64,000 bases of DNA. It comes from Candidatus Calditenuis fumarioli. Lineage in GTDB: Archaea; Thermoproteota; Nitrososphaeria_A; Caldarchaeales; Calditenuaceae. The stretch spans positions 160,001-224,000 of the forward strand of contig JANVYR010000001.1 of the NCBI GenBank assembly GCA_030059665.1, in the 5' to 3' direction. Of this stretch, positions 8,506 to 17,987 are shown one piece after another; positions within the stretch are counted from its first letter, which is position 1; each line of letters starts with the position of its first letter. The notes below the pieces were generated by a model. The model had not been told where the DNA came from. It made no database searches and saw only the letters and a program-made list of their open reading frames with translations. The position numbers were made by a program, and so were the translations under genes.

Positions 8506-9042
8506 ATGAAATGCGCTCTGAGGGGCCTGCTCGGATTCGCCCTCTCACTGCTGCGCGACGTAAGGACTTACAAGTTCGTGGCGATCGGCGTTTCGACGCT
8601 GGTACTAGCCGAGGGGTTGATGTTCGTCTCGGTGGATCTGATGGGGATCGACTCCTTCCTCTCCGCGGTCCTGATAACGGAGGTCGTCCTCCTGATCAAC
8701 TTCCTCCTGAACGACCGACTCGTCTTCGGAGAGGAGGGCCGGAGGGGCAACCCGTTACTCCAAAGGCTGTTCAAGTACCACGTCTCCCGCGTCCTGAGCA
8801 TAGCCGTGAACCTCGCGGTCTTCTTCGCGCTGAACAAGCTGCTGTTGCTCAACCACCTACTGGCCTACTTCCTCGCCGTCGTCGTCGCCTTCGGCGTCAA
8901 CCTCCTGACGAGCTTCGTCTGGGTCTGGCGGGTCCGGCCCGTGGAGGGGAGGGAGGTCGTGGTGGGTGCCCGGCTCACCTCCTCGACCAGTCGAGCCAGT
9001 CCCACATCAGCTGCCAGTACCACTCGTCGCCCTCCTCGATGA
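8506..9042 (+). CDS. GtrA-family membrane protein
   Basis: Four TM helices with KFVAIG, INFLLNDRLVF, RLFKYH and VNLLTSFVWVW. The 3' end overlaps the convergent SWIM gene. Confidence 0.85.
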   Translation: MKCALRGLLGFALSLLRDVRTYKFVAIGVSTLVLAEGLMFVSVDLMGIDSFLSAVLITEVVLLINFLLNDRLVFGEEGRRGNPLLQRLFKYHVSRVLSIAVNLAVFFALNKLLLLNHLLAYFLAVVVAFGVNLLTSFVWVWRVRPVEGREVVVGARLTSSTSRASPTSAASTTRRPPR

Positions 9043-9301
9043 CCTCGTAGTTGCCCGACTCGGAGGCCATGCGGACCGCCATCAGGTGATAGCACATGGG
9101 CTTCTCGTTGTTGATCACCCGGAAGAAGAAGTCGTCGCAGGTGCAGTAGGGCACGTCCGGCATCACGAGGTAGTCCCGGTGCCTGCCGACCACGACCCAG
9201 ACGGACCTGCCGCTCGGCCTGAAGACGTAACGCTTCACCCTCCTCTCGGAGACGAGCTGCCGTGCCGCCGACTCCGCGTCAACCCTCCGCTGCCTCTGCA
9301 C
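8975..9301 (-). CDS. SWIM zinc-finger protein
   Basis: CTCDDF...CYH (CxC-xn-CxH) preceded by WVVVG...DYLV. Confidence 0.85.
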   Translation of the reverse strand: MQRQRRVDAESAARQLVSERRVKRYVFRPSGRSVWVVVGRHRDYLVMPDVPYCTCDDFFFRVINNEKPMCYHLMAVRMASESGNYEVIEEGDEWYWQLMWDWLDWSRR

Positions 9302-10085
9302 GGATCTCCCCCAACCTCCCTATCGGCTGGGCGTCGAGCGTAATGACCTCTGCACCCGCTAGGTCGAAGACCCCTGACCTGATCAGCGGGCTCGTCCCCG
9401 GAGAGCCCCTCAGCTCTTGGACGTCGACACCCGGCGCCAGAGGGCTGAAGTGCGCCAACACCACCAGCCTGAGCTTCCCCCGCGGCTTCCGACCCTCGAG
9501 CAGACGAGCGTAGCCCGGTCTCGATGTCAGCTCCTTCGCGAGCCTGGACCTGCTCGCCTCCATCAGCAGGTGGACCCTGGCCCTGACGGTCCCCTCCTCT
9601 GACCTGATCCTCAGGGTCGGATGTGTGTGGCCGATCACAACGGTTCTGGCCGAGAGGCAGTCGGGATGTGGCCAGGTGTGGCCGTGCATCACCCAGTAGT
9701 CGCCGAGCATGATTCCCCTGCTGTCCTCTATCCTCGCAAGCCCGGCCAGGAGCTCCGAGATGCCGCCGTCGTGGTTCCCCGGGAGGACGAGCACCTCTTC
9801 GAAGGAGGCCTTGACGATCCCGACGAGCTTCCGGACGCCGACCGCATCCCTCCAGCTGTAACCCGCGACGCGGTGCTTCACGTCGCCCAGCAGCACGAGG
9901 ACCTGGGCGCCGGTCTCCTCGCCGAGCCTCACCAGCTCGTTCGCTATCCTCTCCTCGTGGGGAGGGACGCGGACGCCCTTTGAGGATAGCTCCAGCTCGT
10001 AGCCCACGTGCAGGTCAGCGACCACCAGGTACCTGGTCGAGCCGACGTCGATCGTGACCGCGGGCCTTCCTGTCGGCCTCAGCAT
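9279..10085 (-). CDS. Metallophosphoesterase (ICC-like, COG1407-type)
   Basis: ADLHVG, LGDVKH, PGNHD, HGH and GHTHP motifs. Confidence 0.9.
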   Translation of the reverse strand: MLRPTGRPAVTIDVGSTRYLVVADLHVGYELELSSKGVRVPPHEERIANELVRLGEETGAQVLVLLGDVKHRVAGYSWRDAVGVRKLVGIVKASFEEVLVLPGNHDGGISELLAGLARIEDSRGIMLGDYWVMHGHTWPHPDCLSARTVVIGHTHPTLRIRSEEGTVRARVHLLMEASRSRLAKELTSRPGYARLLEGRKPRGKLRLVVLAHFSPLAPGVDVQELRGSPGTSPLIRSGVFDLAGAEVITLDAQPIGRLGEIRAEAAEG

Positions 10086-10206
10086 CCTCCATCACTTGAT
10101 CGCCTGCGAAGGTAATAGGGACTTTCGCCCGGTCATCCCCAGGAGCTCGCGGCCCACGTGGACGCGAACCGATTTTTAGCGGGGAGAGGCCGCAGCTCTG
10201 AAGGCG

Positions 10207-10404
10207 ATGGGCCTGCTCCGGTGGATCGGGTCGCTTCTGAGGAGAAAGGGCCGGAGGGTGGAGCCCGATCCGGTGAGGGTGGAGGAGCTGAGGCGGCTGC
10301 TCTCCGATTTCAGGAGGGAGGACCCGAGGGCCACCCGGCTGAGGGAGCTGAGGAGGAGGGTCGAGGAGGAGCTCGGAACCGGTGGGTCGGGCGATGGAGC
10401 CTGA
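10207..10404 (+). CDS. Small basic hypothetical protein with N-terminal amphipathic helix
   Basis: Host-like codon usage, a TTTTTAG element upstream, and an overlap with the rpiA start. Confidence 0.5.
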   Translation: MGLLRWIGSLLRRKGRRVEPDPVRVEELRRLLSDFRREDPRATRLRELRRRVEEELGTGGSGDGA

Positions 10405-11083
10405 GGTGCTCGCGGCGAGGAGGGCCGCCGCATCGAGGGCTGTCGAGGTCGTCCTCTCATCGGGCAAAGTGATCCTCGGCCTCGGAACCGGAACCACGGT
10501 GGCCACCTTCGTGGAGGTTTTGACGGAGGCGGGCGCTTCGGGGTCGATCGAGGCGGTGGTCCCGAGCTCCAGGCAGTCGGAGGAGCTGGCACGGAGGGCG
10601 GGCATCAGGGTGGCATCCCTGGCGGACTTCCCCGAGCTCGACGTCTACGTGGACTCCTTCGACCAGGTCGACCTTCGGGGGAACTCCGTGAAGGGAGGTG
10701 GTGCGGCGCACGCCAGGGAGAAGGTGCTGATGGCCGCATCGAGGAGGGTCGTGCTGGTGGGCGACCATCTCAAGCTGAGGGACAGGCTGACCGGGCCCGT
10801 GCCGGTCGAGGTGCTTCCGTTCGCTGTCGATTTCCTGCTCCGGAGCTTCGCATCGAAGGGGCTGAGGCCGGAGCTACGGCATTCTGGAAAGGGAAAGGTG
10901 GGCCCGGTGGTCACCGAGAACGGCAACTTCCTGATCGACATTTACCCTGATGAGATACGGGATCCAGCGGCCCTGGAGGCGGAGTTAAAGCTGATGCCCG
11001 GGGTCGTCGAGGTGGGGATCTGCCCCAACCGAGGGTACACCGTCTTCGTCGGACGTCCCGACGGCAGCGTGATCGAGCTTTAG
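10394..11083 (+). CDS. rpiA: Ribose-5-phosphate isomerase A
   Basis: GLGTGTT, DSFDQVD, KGGGAAHAREK, PVEVLP, TENGNFLID and PGVVEVG. Confidence 0.93.
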   Translation: MEPEVLAARRAAASRAVEVVLSSGKVILGLGTGTTVATFVEVLTEAGASGSIEAVVPSSRQSEELARRAGIRVASLADFPELDVYVDSFDQVDLRGNSVKGGGAAHAREKVLMAASRRVVLVGDHLKLRDRLTGPVPVEVLPFAVDFLLRSFASKGLRPELRHSGKGKVGPVVTENGNFLIDIYPDEIRDPAALEAELKLMPGVVEVGICPNRGYTVFVGRPDGSVIEL

Positions 11084-11119
11084 CAGCGCCTAGGCGGAGT
11101 GCGGTGCGAGGTCGGGCCC

Positions 11120-12541
11120 TCAGTCGGTTATGAGGACCTTCATCTCCTCCACAACGCCCTGGTAGCGACGCCTGAGCCGCTCCACCAGGTTGTCCGGACC
11201 TATTGCGACCTTCCCCACCACCACCAGGTCAGCGTCGCCGTAGACCTCGTCGACCGACTCGACCTCGGGCCAGGTTAGGAGGTCCTCGACGATCGAGGTG
11301 ACATCCACCTGAGGCCTCAGCTTCATCAGAACGTAGGCCCGCTCGAGGCCGAAGTAGGCCCTCATCGCCTCCTCCGGGACATCGAATCCCAGGACGTTCC
11401 GGAGCAGCTCTCTGAGCTCGGAGCTCCTGACGCGGCCGTTGTGCATGAGGTACAGCTGGGAGACCTGCTCCGCGGCCTTCCGCGCCTCCTCCTCGGTGAT
11501 CTTCACCCCGGCCCTCTTGGCCAGCTCGAGGAAGACCTTGTGGCTCATCAGCGGCGACGGCGCCAGCGTGAGGTCCTCGAAGTCGTTCCGCAGCTTCCCG
11601 GCCGGGACGTAGCCGTCGGGCCTCTTGAGCACCATCGCCTGGTGGACTCCAGCCCTCACGGTCCTGGCGTCCGATGAGAGGGGATGCCTCCATGGCAGCC
11701 TTATCCCGGTCAGGCGTGAGAACTCCGCGTAGGCCCACGCGAGCCTGTCCCTCCTGACCCCGAGGTCGATGCCGTGAAGGTCGGAGAGCGGAGCCACAAC
11801 CTCGTAAAGGTCAGCGATGCCGTTCCTGTCACCGATCCCCATCAGGGTCACGTGGGCCTCCTCCACGCCCTCCAGCACCGAGACCACTGTGTTGGCCGAG
11901 GCGAAGCCGTAGTCGTTGTGGTAGTGGCACGCGATCGGGAGCGCCGACCTCTCCCTGCAGTACCTGATGAAGGAGGAGGCCTGGGACGGGGTCATGAGGC
12001 CACTCGTGTCGGGTAGGCTCACCATCGTTGCGCCGGCGCTCCTCAGCTCCTCCGTGAAGGCCAGCAGCCCGTCCAGCTCGTCCCTGTTGCCCTCGACGTA
12101 GAGCCTCGAGACGTCCTCGAGCGTGACCCTGATGTACCTGTACCCGTAGGAGCGGCAGAGCTCCACCGCTTCCAGGAGCCTCAACCTCATCTCCTCCTCC
12201 GTCATCCCCCTCAGCTTGTGCTCCCGGTGAATTCTCGAGACCGCGAGGTAGACGGCGACTCCGTGAAGCTCGTACTTCCCGAAGGCCTCCACGTCGGACC
12301 TGTGGGCCCTTCCGTGCATGACGACCTCTATTCCGCGATCGTTCAGGTAATCGACGACCGGCCTCACCTCGGCCTCCGTGGTCTTCGGAGGGTAGTCCAA
12401 CGTCACCTCAACCCTCTTCAGACCGAGCTCCGCCAGGATCCCGGCGACCCGCAGCTTCTTCCTGAGCGGAAGGACCCTGTACAGCTCCCCCTCCCGGAGC
12501 GTAGAGTCGAGCAACACCGTACCGCTTCCCGCTTCAGGCAT
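11120..12541 (-). CDS. Homocitrate synthase-like DRE-TIM enzyme with C-terminal RAM (Lrp/AsnC ligand-binding) domain
   Basis: DSTLREGE, PDTSG, HYHND and GIGDRNG. The C-terminal AYVLMK...EVYGDADLV segment is RAM-like. Confidence 0.8.
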   Translation of the reverse strand: MPEAGSGTVLLDSTLREGELYRVLPLRKKLRVAGILAELGLKRVEVTLDYPPKTTEAEVRPVVDYLNDRGIEVVMHGRAHRSDVEAFGKYELHGVAVYLAVSRIHREHKLRGMTEEEMRLRLLEAVELCRSYGYRYIRVTLEDVSRLYVEGNRDELDGLLAFTEELRSAGATMVSLPDTSGLMTPSQASSFIRYCRERSALPIACHYHNDYGFASANTVVSVLEGVEEAHVTLMGIGDRNGIADLYEVVAPLSDLHGIDLGVRRDRLAWAYAEFSRLTGIRLPWRHPLSSDARTVRAGVHQAMVLKRPDGYVPAGKLRNDFEDLTLAPSPLMSHKVFLELAKRAGVKITEEEARKAAEQVSQLYLMHNGRVRSSELRELLRNVLGFDVPEEAMRAYFGLERAYVLMKLRPQVDVTSIVEDLLTWPEVESVDEVYGDADLVVVGKVAIGPDNLVERLRRRYQGVVEEMKVLITD

Positions 12542-12606
12542 CTTCGCAGTCGTCTCTAAACCGAAAATAAGAGGGTTTATTCGGACGTTTGTCGAGGTCG
12601 GTCCGC

Positions 12607-13482
12607 ATGGATCAGCAGCAGGCAGGGCTCTCGCTGGCGCTGCTCACCGCTCTCCTCTGGGGTGCGACCTCGCTGGAGATGAGGAAGGCGATGGTCAGGC
12701 TGTCGCCGCTCACGGTCACGGCGCTCACCTCCGCGATGGGAGCTGCGATGGGTTTCCTGGGCTCGGTGGTCGATGGGTCCGCGGGCAGGTACGCATCGCT
12801 GAGGACGGACGGCTTGATTTACGCGGCCCTCTCCGGTTTCCTCGTCTTCACGCTCGGCCGGTTCCTGTGGTACCTCGCCATCAACGAGATCGGCGCTTCC
12901 CGGTCCAACTCGGTGGTGGCCTCTGAGGCCTTGATAGCGCCGCTCGCGTCCATCGCCATCACCCGAGAGGGCTTCGGGCCCCTAACGGTCCTCGGGTCGG
13001 TGCTGGTAGTGTCTGGAGTCTGGATGGTCTACAGGTCCATGGGAGACCGCGACAGGTCGGGAAGGAGGTACCTCGGGCTCGGGGCCTCGATCGCCGCGGC
13101 GTTCGTCTTCGCCTTCGGCTCGGCCTTCGCGAGGCTGGCCAACTTCTCCATCGGATCGCCCACTGCGACCTACGCGATCAGCTCAGCTGCGGCGCTGCTC
13201 GCGGTCTCTCCTTTGCTGCCGCGGCACGGCGGCCTCAAGGGGGCCCTCAGGAACGGCCACGCAGCGCTCGGCGGCCTCTTCAACTCGCTCGCCAGCTTCT
13301 CCTACTGGGGCGCCCTCTCGCTCGCACCGGTCCCAGTTGTTGTCCCTGCCTCGCAGTCCTTCCCGGTCTTCACGGTGGTCCTCTCGCTCACCGCCTACAG
13401 GGGTTCGGAGCGGGTCGACGCCTACACGCTGCTCGGCGCCCTCCTCACGACTCTTGGCGTGGTCCTGGTCAGCGCGGCGTAG
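12607..13482 (+). CDS. EamA/DMT-family transporter
   Basis: Two EamA repeats (ALLWG...AINEIGASRS...PL; SFSYWGAL...P...VV-S) with about 10 TM helices. Confidence 0.9.
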   Translation: MDQQQAGLSLALLTALLWGATSLEMRKAMVRLSPLTVTALTSAMGAAMGFLGSVVDGSAGRYASLRTDGLIYAALSGFLVFTLGRFLWYLAINEIGASRSNSVVASEALIAPLASIAITREGFGPLTVLGSVLVVSGVWMVYRSMGDRDRSGRRYLGLGASIAAAFVFAFGSAFARLANFSIGSPTATYAISSAAALLAVSPLLPRHGGLKGALRNGHAALGGLFNSLASFSYWGALSLAPVPVVVPASQSFPVFTVVLSLTAYRGSERVDAYTLLGALLTTLGVVLVSAA

Positions 13483-13519
13483 GGATGATATTGCCTGAGG
13501 TGTTCTGGGGGGAAGAGGT

Positions 13520-14587
13520 TTGCTGAAGCTCGTCGGCCTCGGCCTCGGATCTCCGGAGTACTTCACGAGGGCTGCGCTGAGGGAGCTGGAGGACTCGGAC
13601 GTCGTCTACCTCGACACCTACACGGGCTTCCTCGATGAGCGGGCCGTCTCGGAGCTCAGGTCGCTACTCGGCGAGAGGCTGGTCCTTGCCGGCAGGAGGG
13701 ACCTCGAGGAGGGGTCGCGGAGGCTGGTCGAGCTCGCGGAGAAGGAGGAGGTCTCGGTCGCCGTCCCAGGTGATCCCCTGATAGCCACGACCCACTCTTC
13801 CCTTCTCGTCGAGGCCGCAAGGCGCGGCGTGAGCTGGCGCGTCGTCCACGGCGTCTCCGTCCTCTCGGCCGCCGTCTCGAGGTCTGGCCTCTCGGCCTAC
13901 CGCTTCGGCAGGACCGTCACGGTTCCCAGGCGTGCAGGTGCGGAGGAGTACGAGGGGATCTACAGGACCATCGCCTCGAACGTCGAGCTCGGCCTCCACA
14001 CGCTCGTCCTGCTCGACACAGCTGAGGGAGGGCTGACGGCCCATGAGGCCCTCAGGTCGTTGCTGGAGGTCGAGGCGTCGATGGGCTCAGAGGTCCTCTC
14101 GAGGTCGACCCTGATCACGCTGACGAGGATCGGGCTCGAGGGCGAAGCTGTGGTGTGCGGCGACGCGGACCGGGTGATGTGGTCCTCCCTCCCTCCGCCT
14201 CCCCACGTCCTGATAGTTCCCGGGAAGCTCCACTTCGCCGAGCGCGAGTTCCTCGAGCGGGTCCTGGGGTGCGAGGCTCCCCGATCCCGTGAGACGGTTA
14301 GCCCGACCGCGGCGAGGGCCAGGAGCTACATCGAGAAGGCGAGGGAGGTCATCGGGAAGCTCGAGGTGGTGGTTGAGGGCGGGGAGACGAGGCGTCTCCT
14401 CGAGCTGGCGGAGTCGTACGTGAACGACGCGGAGACGTTCCTTCGCTCCGGAAGGTCTGAGGACGCCCTCGTCGCGGTCTCCTACGCGGAGGGTATTTTC
14501 GATGCCCTCAGGCTTCTGGGGCTGGTGAGGTTCGAGTGGCCACGAGGAAGGGGAGGGTCGTTCTCACCACGGGAGCCTTCGAGGTGA
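13520..14587 (+). CDS. dph5: Diphthine synthase fused to a C-terminal DUF357-like domain
   Basis: LVGLGL, YLDTYT, GDPLIATTH, RFGRTVT and HTLVLLD. C-terminus has AESYVNDA...ALVAVSYAEGIFDALRLLG. Confidence 0.9.
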   Translation: MLKLVGLGLGSPEYFTRAALRELEDSDVVYLDTYTGFLDERAVSELRSLLGERLVLAGRRDLEEGSRRLVELAEKEEVSVAVPGDPLIATTHSSLLVEAARRGVSWRVVHGVSVLSAAVSRSGLSAYRFGRTVTVPRRAGAEEYEGIYRTIASNVELGLHTLVLLDTAEGGLTAHEALRSLLEVEASMGSEVLSRSTLITLTRIGLEGEAVVCGDADRVMWSSLPPPPHVLIVPGKLHFAEREFLERVLGCEAPRSRETVSPTAARARSYIEKAREVIGKLEVVVEGGETRRLLELAESYVNDAETFLRSGRSEDALVAVSYAEGIFDALRLLGLVRFEWPRGRGGSFSPREPSR

Positions 14588-15000
14588 TCCACCCCGGACA
14601 CGTCTACCTGCTCCGTCAGGCCAGGCGCCTCGCGGGGAAGAGGGGGAAGGTGATCGTGGTCCTGGCGACCGACGAAACCATCAGGCAGAGGAAGGGAAGG
14701 GAGCCGGTGATGGGCGAGCGCGAGCGGCTCCAGGTCGTCTCCAGCATCAGGTACGTCGACAAAGCGGTCATCGGTTACAGGCCCATGAGCTTCGAGAAGG
14801 TGCTGAGGCGCTTCAAACCCGACGTCGTCCTCTTCGGCTACGACCAGGGAGAGATCGAGCGGGCCTTCAGGGAGTTCGTCGCCTCGAAGGGGATCAAGGT
14901 CAGGATCGTCCGGGCTAAAGCCATGCCGGGTACCGAGAGGATCAGCACCACCGTCATTTTGAACAGGGCGCTGAGGAACGCCTCGCAGGGCACCGGGTGA
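14536..15000 (+). CDS. ribL: FAD synthase (cytidylyltransferase-like family)
   Basis: GAFEVIHPGH, ERERLQVVSSIRYVDKA, PDVVLFGYDQ and ISTT. Confidence 0.8.
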   Translation: MATRKGRVVLTTGAFEVIHPGHVYLLRQARRLAGKRGKVIVVLATDETIRQRKGREPVMGERERLQVVSSIRYVDKAVIGYRPMSFEKVLRRFKPDVVLFGYDQGEIERAFREFVASKGIKVRIVRAKAMPGTERISTTVILNRALRNASQGTG

Positions 15001-15076
15001 CCTAACGTCGGATTCTACGGTTGCGGTCTCGCGTTCCGGATGGGTTTAATTGACGGTACGGCAGCTGGGGGGAGGG

Positions 15077-15478
15077 ATGTCCCAGAAGCCCAACGTGCCA
15101 CGGCTGGTGCTCTCAGACCCGAGCACCGGGACCGCGAAGACCATCCAGCTGACGCCCCAGCAGTTCGCCGTCTTCAGGGGAAAGAGGATCGGAGACGTCA
15201 TCGACGGAGGGCCGCTCGGGCTCGGCGACTTCAAGATCAGGATAACCGGCGGCAGCGACTTCGCGGGGTTCCCGATGAGACCTGACGTGAGCGGTGCGAG
15301 GCTGGTACAGGTGCTGCTGACGAAGGGCATCGGGTTCAAGGCGCGCCGCAAGCCGCCCTCGAAGGCCAAGAAGCGGAGGAACAGGAGGACCGTGAAGGGC
15401 CTGAGGAAGAGGGTATCGGTCAGGGGCAACACGATCAGCGACGCGATAGTCCAGATCAACGCCGTCATCGTGAGGTGA
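15077..15478 (+). CDS. rps6e: 30S ribosomal protein S6e
   Basis: SDPSTG, KIRITGGSDFAGFPMRPDV, GLRKRVSVRGNTIS and QINAVIV. Confidence 0.96.
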   Translation: MSQKPNVPRLVLSDPSTGTAKTIQLTPQQFAVFRGKRIGDVIDGGPLGLGDFKIRITGGSDFAGFPMRPDVSGARLVQVLLTKGIGFKARRKPPSKAKKRRNRRTVKGLRKRVSVRGNTISDAIVQINAVIVR

Positions 15479-15789
15479 GGCCCTTGTCCCTCCCTGAGGT
15501 GAGGGTGGTCGAGCGGAGGAGGAACGAGCTGCTGAAGAGGGTCGAGTACGTCCTGGAGGTCGCCAACCAGAGCGGCACGCCGAGCAGGGCCGACCTGAGG
15601 AAGGTCCTCTCGACGGTGCTCGACGCGAAGGAGGACAACCTCGTGCTGGTGAAGGTGCTCACGCCCGCAGGAAGGAACTGGACCAGGGTGATCGCGAGGG
15701 TTTACGACTCGAGGGAGCAGCTGATGAGGATCGAGCCGAAGTACCTGCTGATGAGGGAGGGGTTCCTAGAGAGGCCCAAGAAGGGCTGA
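15475..15789 (+). CDS. rps24e: 30S ribosomal protein S24e
   Basis: RRNELLKRVE, TPSRADLR, ARVYDS and EPKYLLMR. Confidence 0.92.
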   Translation: MRPLSLPEVRVVERRRNELLKRVEYVLEVANQSGTPSRADLRKVLSTVLDAKEDNLVLVKVLTPAGRNWTRVIARVYDSREQLMRIEPKYLLMREGFLERPKKG

Positions 15790-15792
15790 CCC

Positions 15793-16842
15793 TCAGGCCC
15801 TGATCGTTTCTCCGCCGCTCGCCTTCCTGAGCCGGTTCATTATCGCGAGGCCGAGCCCCCGCTCCTCCACGCCCTCCGCGACGATCACGTCGACGCCCCT
15901 CTCGTCCAGCTCCCGGATCGAGGTGAAGAGCGATCTCGCCACCCTCCTGAGGTCGGATCTTGGGCCCAAGTCGATCACCTCAGCACCAGGGTACTCTGCT
16001 CCGTCCAGCGCCAGGACTCCGACGCGCTTGCCCTGGGAGGTCAGCTCCGCCACGAGCTCAGCGACCTTACGCCTCACGGACACCGGATCGCCCTCGACCA
16101 ACACAACCCTGCACCTCGGAGCGTAGTGCCGGTACTTCATCCCCGGAGACCTGGGTCGGCCCGAGAAGGATCCCAGGCCCCTCGCCGCCTCGGTCACACT
16201 CACCCTTCCCAGCACTCCCTCGATCTCCTCCACGGGCACCCCTCCCGGCCTCAGAAGCTCCGGCGGGTCCACCGTCAGGTCGATCACCGTCGACTCGACG
16301 CCGATCTCCGTCGGCCCTCCGTCCAGTACCATCTCGATCCTTCCACCGAGGTCCCTCAGCACGTGCTCGGCGGTGGTCGGGCTAGGGGATCCGGAGAGGT
16401 TGGCGCTCGGTGCTGCTATGGGTACGCCGGACTCCCTGATCAGGTCGAGAGCCACCCGGTGCGCAGGCATCCTGACAGCCACGGTCTCGAGCCCTCCGCA
16501 GGTGATCGGGGGAACCAACTCCGTCCTTTTCAGGACCAGCGTCAGCGGACCGGGCCAGAACCTCGAGATGAGCTCCTCTGCAGCAGGAGGGACCTCCGCA
16601 GCCAGCAAATAGATGCTGTCCTTGTCGGCCACGTGGACGATGATCGGGTTGTCGGGTGGTCTCCCCTTTACCTCGAAGATCCTCCGGACGGCCCGCTCGT
16701 TCAGCGCGTCGGCACCGAGTCCGTAGACCGTCTCCGTCGGGAACGCCACGAGCCCGCCTGCCCTGATCACCTCAGCCGCCTCCGCGATCGCCTCCCGCTC
16801 CGGTTCGTGCGGGTTCACCCTCAGCACCCGCGTCGTTCGCAT
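15793..16842 (-). CDS. sua5: Threonylcarbamoyl-AMP synthase Sua5
   Basis: AFPTETVYGLGAD, KGRPPDNP, FWPGPLT, AAPSANLSG, ESTVID, and C-terminal SPGMKYRHYAP. Confidence 0.96.
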   Translation of the reverse strand: MRTTRVLRVNPHEPEREAIAEAAEVIRAGGLVAFPTETVYGLGADALNERAVRRIFEVKGRPPDNPIIVHVADKDSIYLLAAEVPPAAEELISRFWPGPLTLVLKRTELVPPITCGGLETVAVRMPAHRVALDLIRESGVPIAAPSANLSGSPSPTTAEHVLRDLGGRIEMVLDGGPTEIGVESTVIDLTVDPPELLRPGGVPVEEIEGVLGRVSVTEAARGLGSFSGRPRSPGMKYRHYAPRCRVVLVEGDPVSVRRKVAELVAELTSQGKRVGVLALDGAEYPGAEVIDLGPRSDLRRVARSLFTSIRELDERGVDVIVAEGVEERGLGLAIMNRLRKASGGETIRA

Positions 16843-17234
16843 CCCGATGTTGGTAGATCCTCTCAGCACAAAAACTCCGAGCTTGGTGCGCGCCTGATCC
16901 TCGCGCCTGTATTGGACGCCAGCTCTCGAGGCCGCAAAGGTCCCTCCATTGACATCCCCCGAAACCTTGAAGCCGCCTGAGCCTGACGGCAAGGCGCAGA
17001 GACGGACGTTCGGGAGCTCGACGGGGCCACCAACCACCCGAGCTGCCCGTTTTCACACGATTCGCCCCTCTTTTGCAGAACTCATGGGAAATAGATGTAA
17101 CTGCGATTCCGAGAGCCGCCTAATGCCGGGCCCCGAGAAGCGCGTGAACGGTTCGCGGTTGAGGTATGGAGCTAGATGTGAGGGCCTGGCGTGCCACAAG
17201 GCACTTAAAGCGGTGGTCCGCTTTCGGTGATGGA

Positions 17235-17987
17235 TTGAGTCTGGACCTGAAGAAGGAGTTCCTGCGGCTCCTCGAGGAGGACGAGGAGTTCAGGTACGCG
17301 GTCGCCGGCAGGATAGGGATACTGGAGATACTGAAGAGGATGGACGCCCTGGAGGAGAGAATGGACAGGCTCTGGGAGAACCAGAACAAACTTTGGGAGG
17401 AGGTCAGATACCTTAGGGAAGGGCAGAACAGACTTTGGGAGAGCCTAAACAGACTTTGGGAGAGCGTGAAGCGACTCGAGGAGAACCAGAACAGACTGTG
17501 GGAGAATATCACCAAGCTGTGGGAGGAAGTGAAGGCCTTAAGGGAGGAATACCGAAAGCTCCGGAATTACGTGGTGGCCGGCTTCTCCGATCTGAGGTCT
17601 GCCCTGGGGGTTACGTTCGAGATGCAGGCGGCCTCATACCTCCAGCTGGTTCTCGAGCAGATGGGCTACGGATTAGCGCGGGTTGAGAGGAAGTTTCTGG
17701 TTCACGACGGCGACGTGATCGAGATCAACCTCTTCTGCGAGGAGCCCCTGGTCGTCGGCGAGGTGACCTTGACCGTCAGGAGTGAGGAGGAGGCAGTGCG
17801 CGAGGTCTCCAAGCTGTTGAAGAGGATCGAGGCGGTCGTCTCGAGGTACGGAAGGAGGCCCGTGTTATCGGTCCTGTCTGTGGCCAGGGCTACACCCGAA
17901 GCAGCCCAGAAGCTGAGGAGCGAGGCGGAGAAACACGGTATCAGATTGATCCTGGGAGCCGAGATAGAGGAAGCGCTGCGGATTTGA
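17235..17987 (+). CDS. Coiled-coil heptad-repeat protein with C-terminal PD-(D/E)XK-like domain
   Basis: N-terminal LKKEFLRLLEEDEEFRYAVAG, tandem xNxLWEx heptads, and C-terminal EINLF...VVGEVT. TTG start follows a GGTGA SD. Confidence 0.8.
   Translation: MSLDLKKEFLRLLEEDEEFRYAVAGRIGILEILKRMDALEERMDRLWENQNKLWEEVRYLREGQNRLWESLNRLWESVKRLEENQNRLWENITKLWEEVKALREEYRKLRNYVVAGFSDLRSALGVTFEMQAASYLQLVLEQMGYGLARVERKFLVHDGDVIEINLFCEEPLVVGEVTLTVRSEEEAVREVSKLLKRIEAVVSRYGRRPVLSVLSVARATPEAAQKLRSEAEKHGIRLILGAEIEEALRI
17361..17549 (+). repeat. Nine degenerate 21-bp tandem units encoding heptads
   Basis: Units include cagaacaaactttgggaggag, cagaacagactttgggagagc, ctaaacagactttgggagagc and cagaacagactgtgggagaat. 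Confidence 0.9.

Noticed and set aside
16843-17234. ORFs or an ncRNA in the roughly 390-bp spacer between sua5 and the repeat protein
   Set aside because: Translations look non-coding, and no terminal repeats, C/D boxes, or RNase P or SRP motifs were found by eye.
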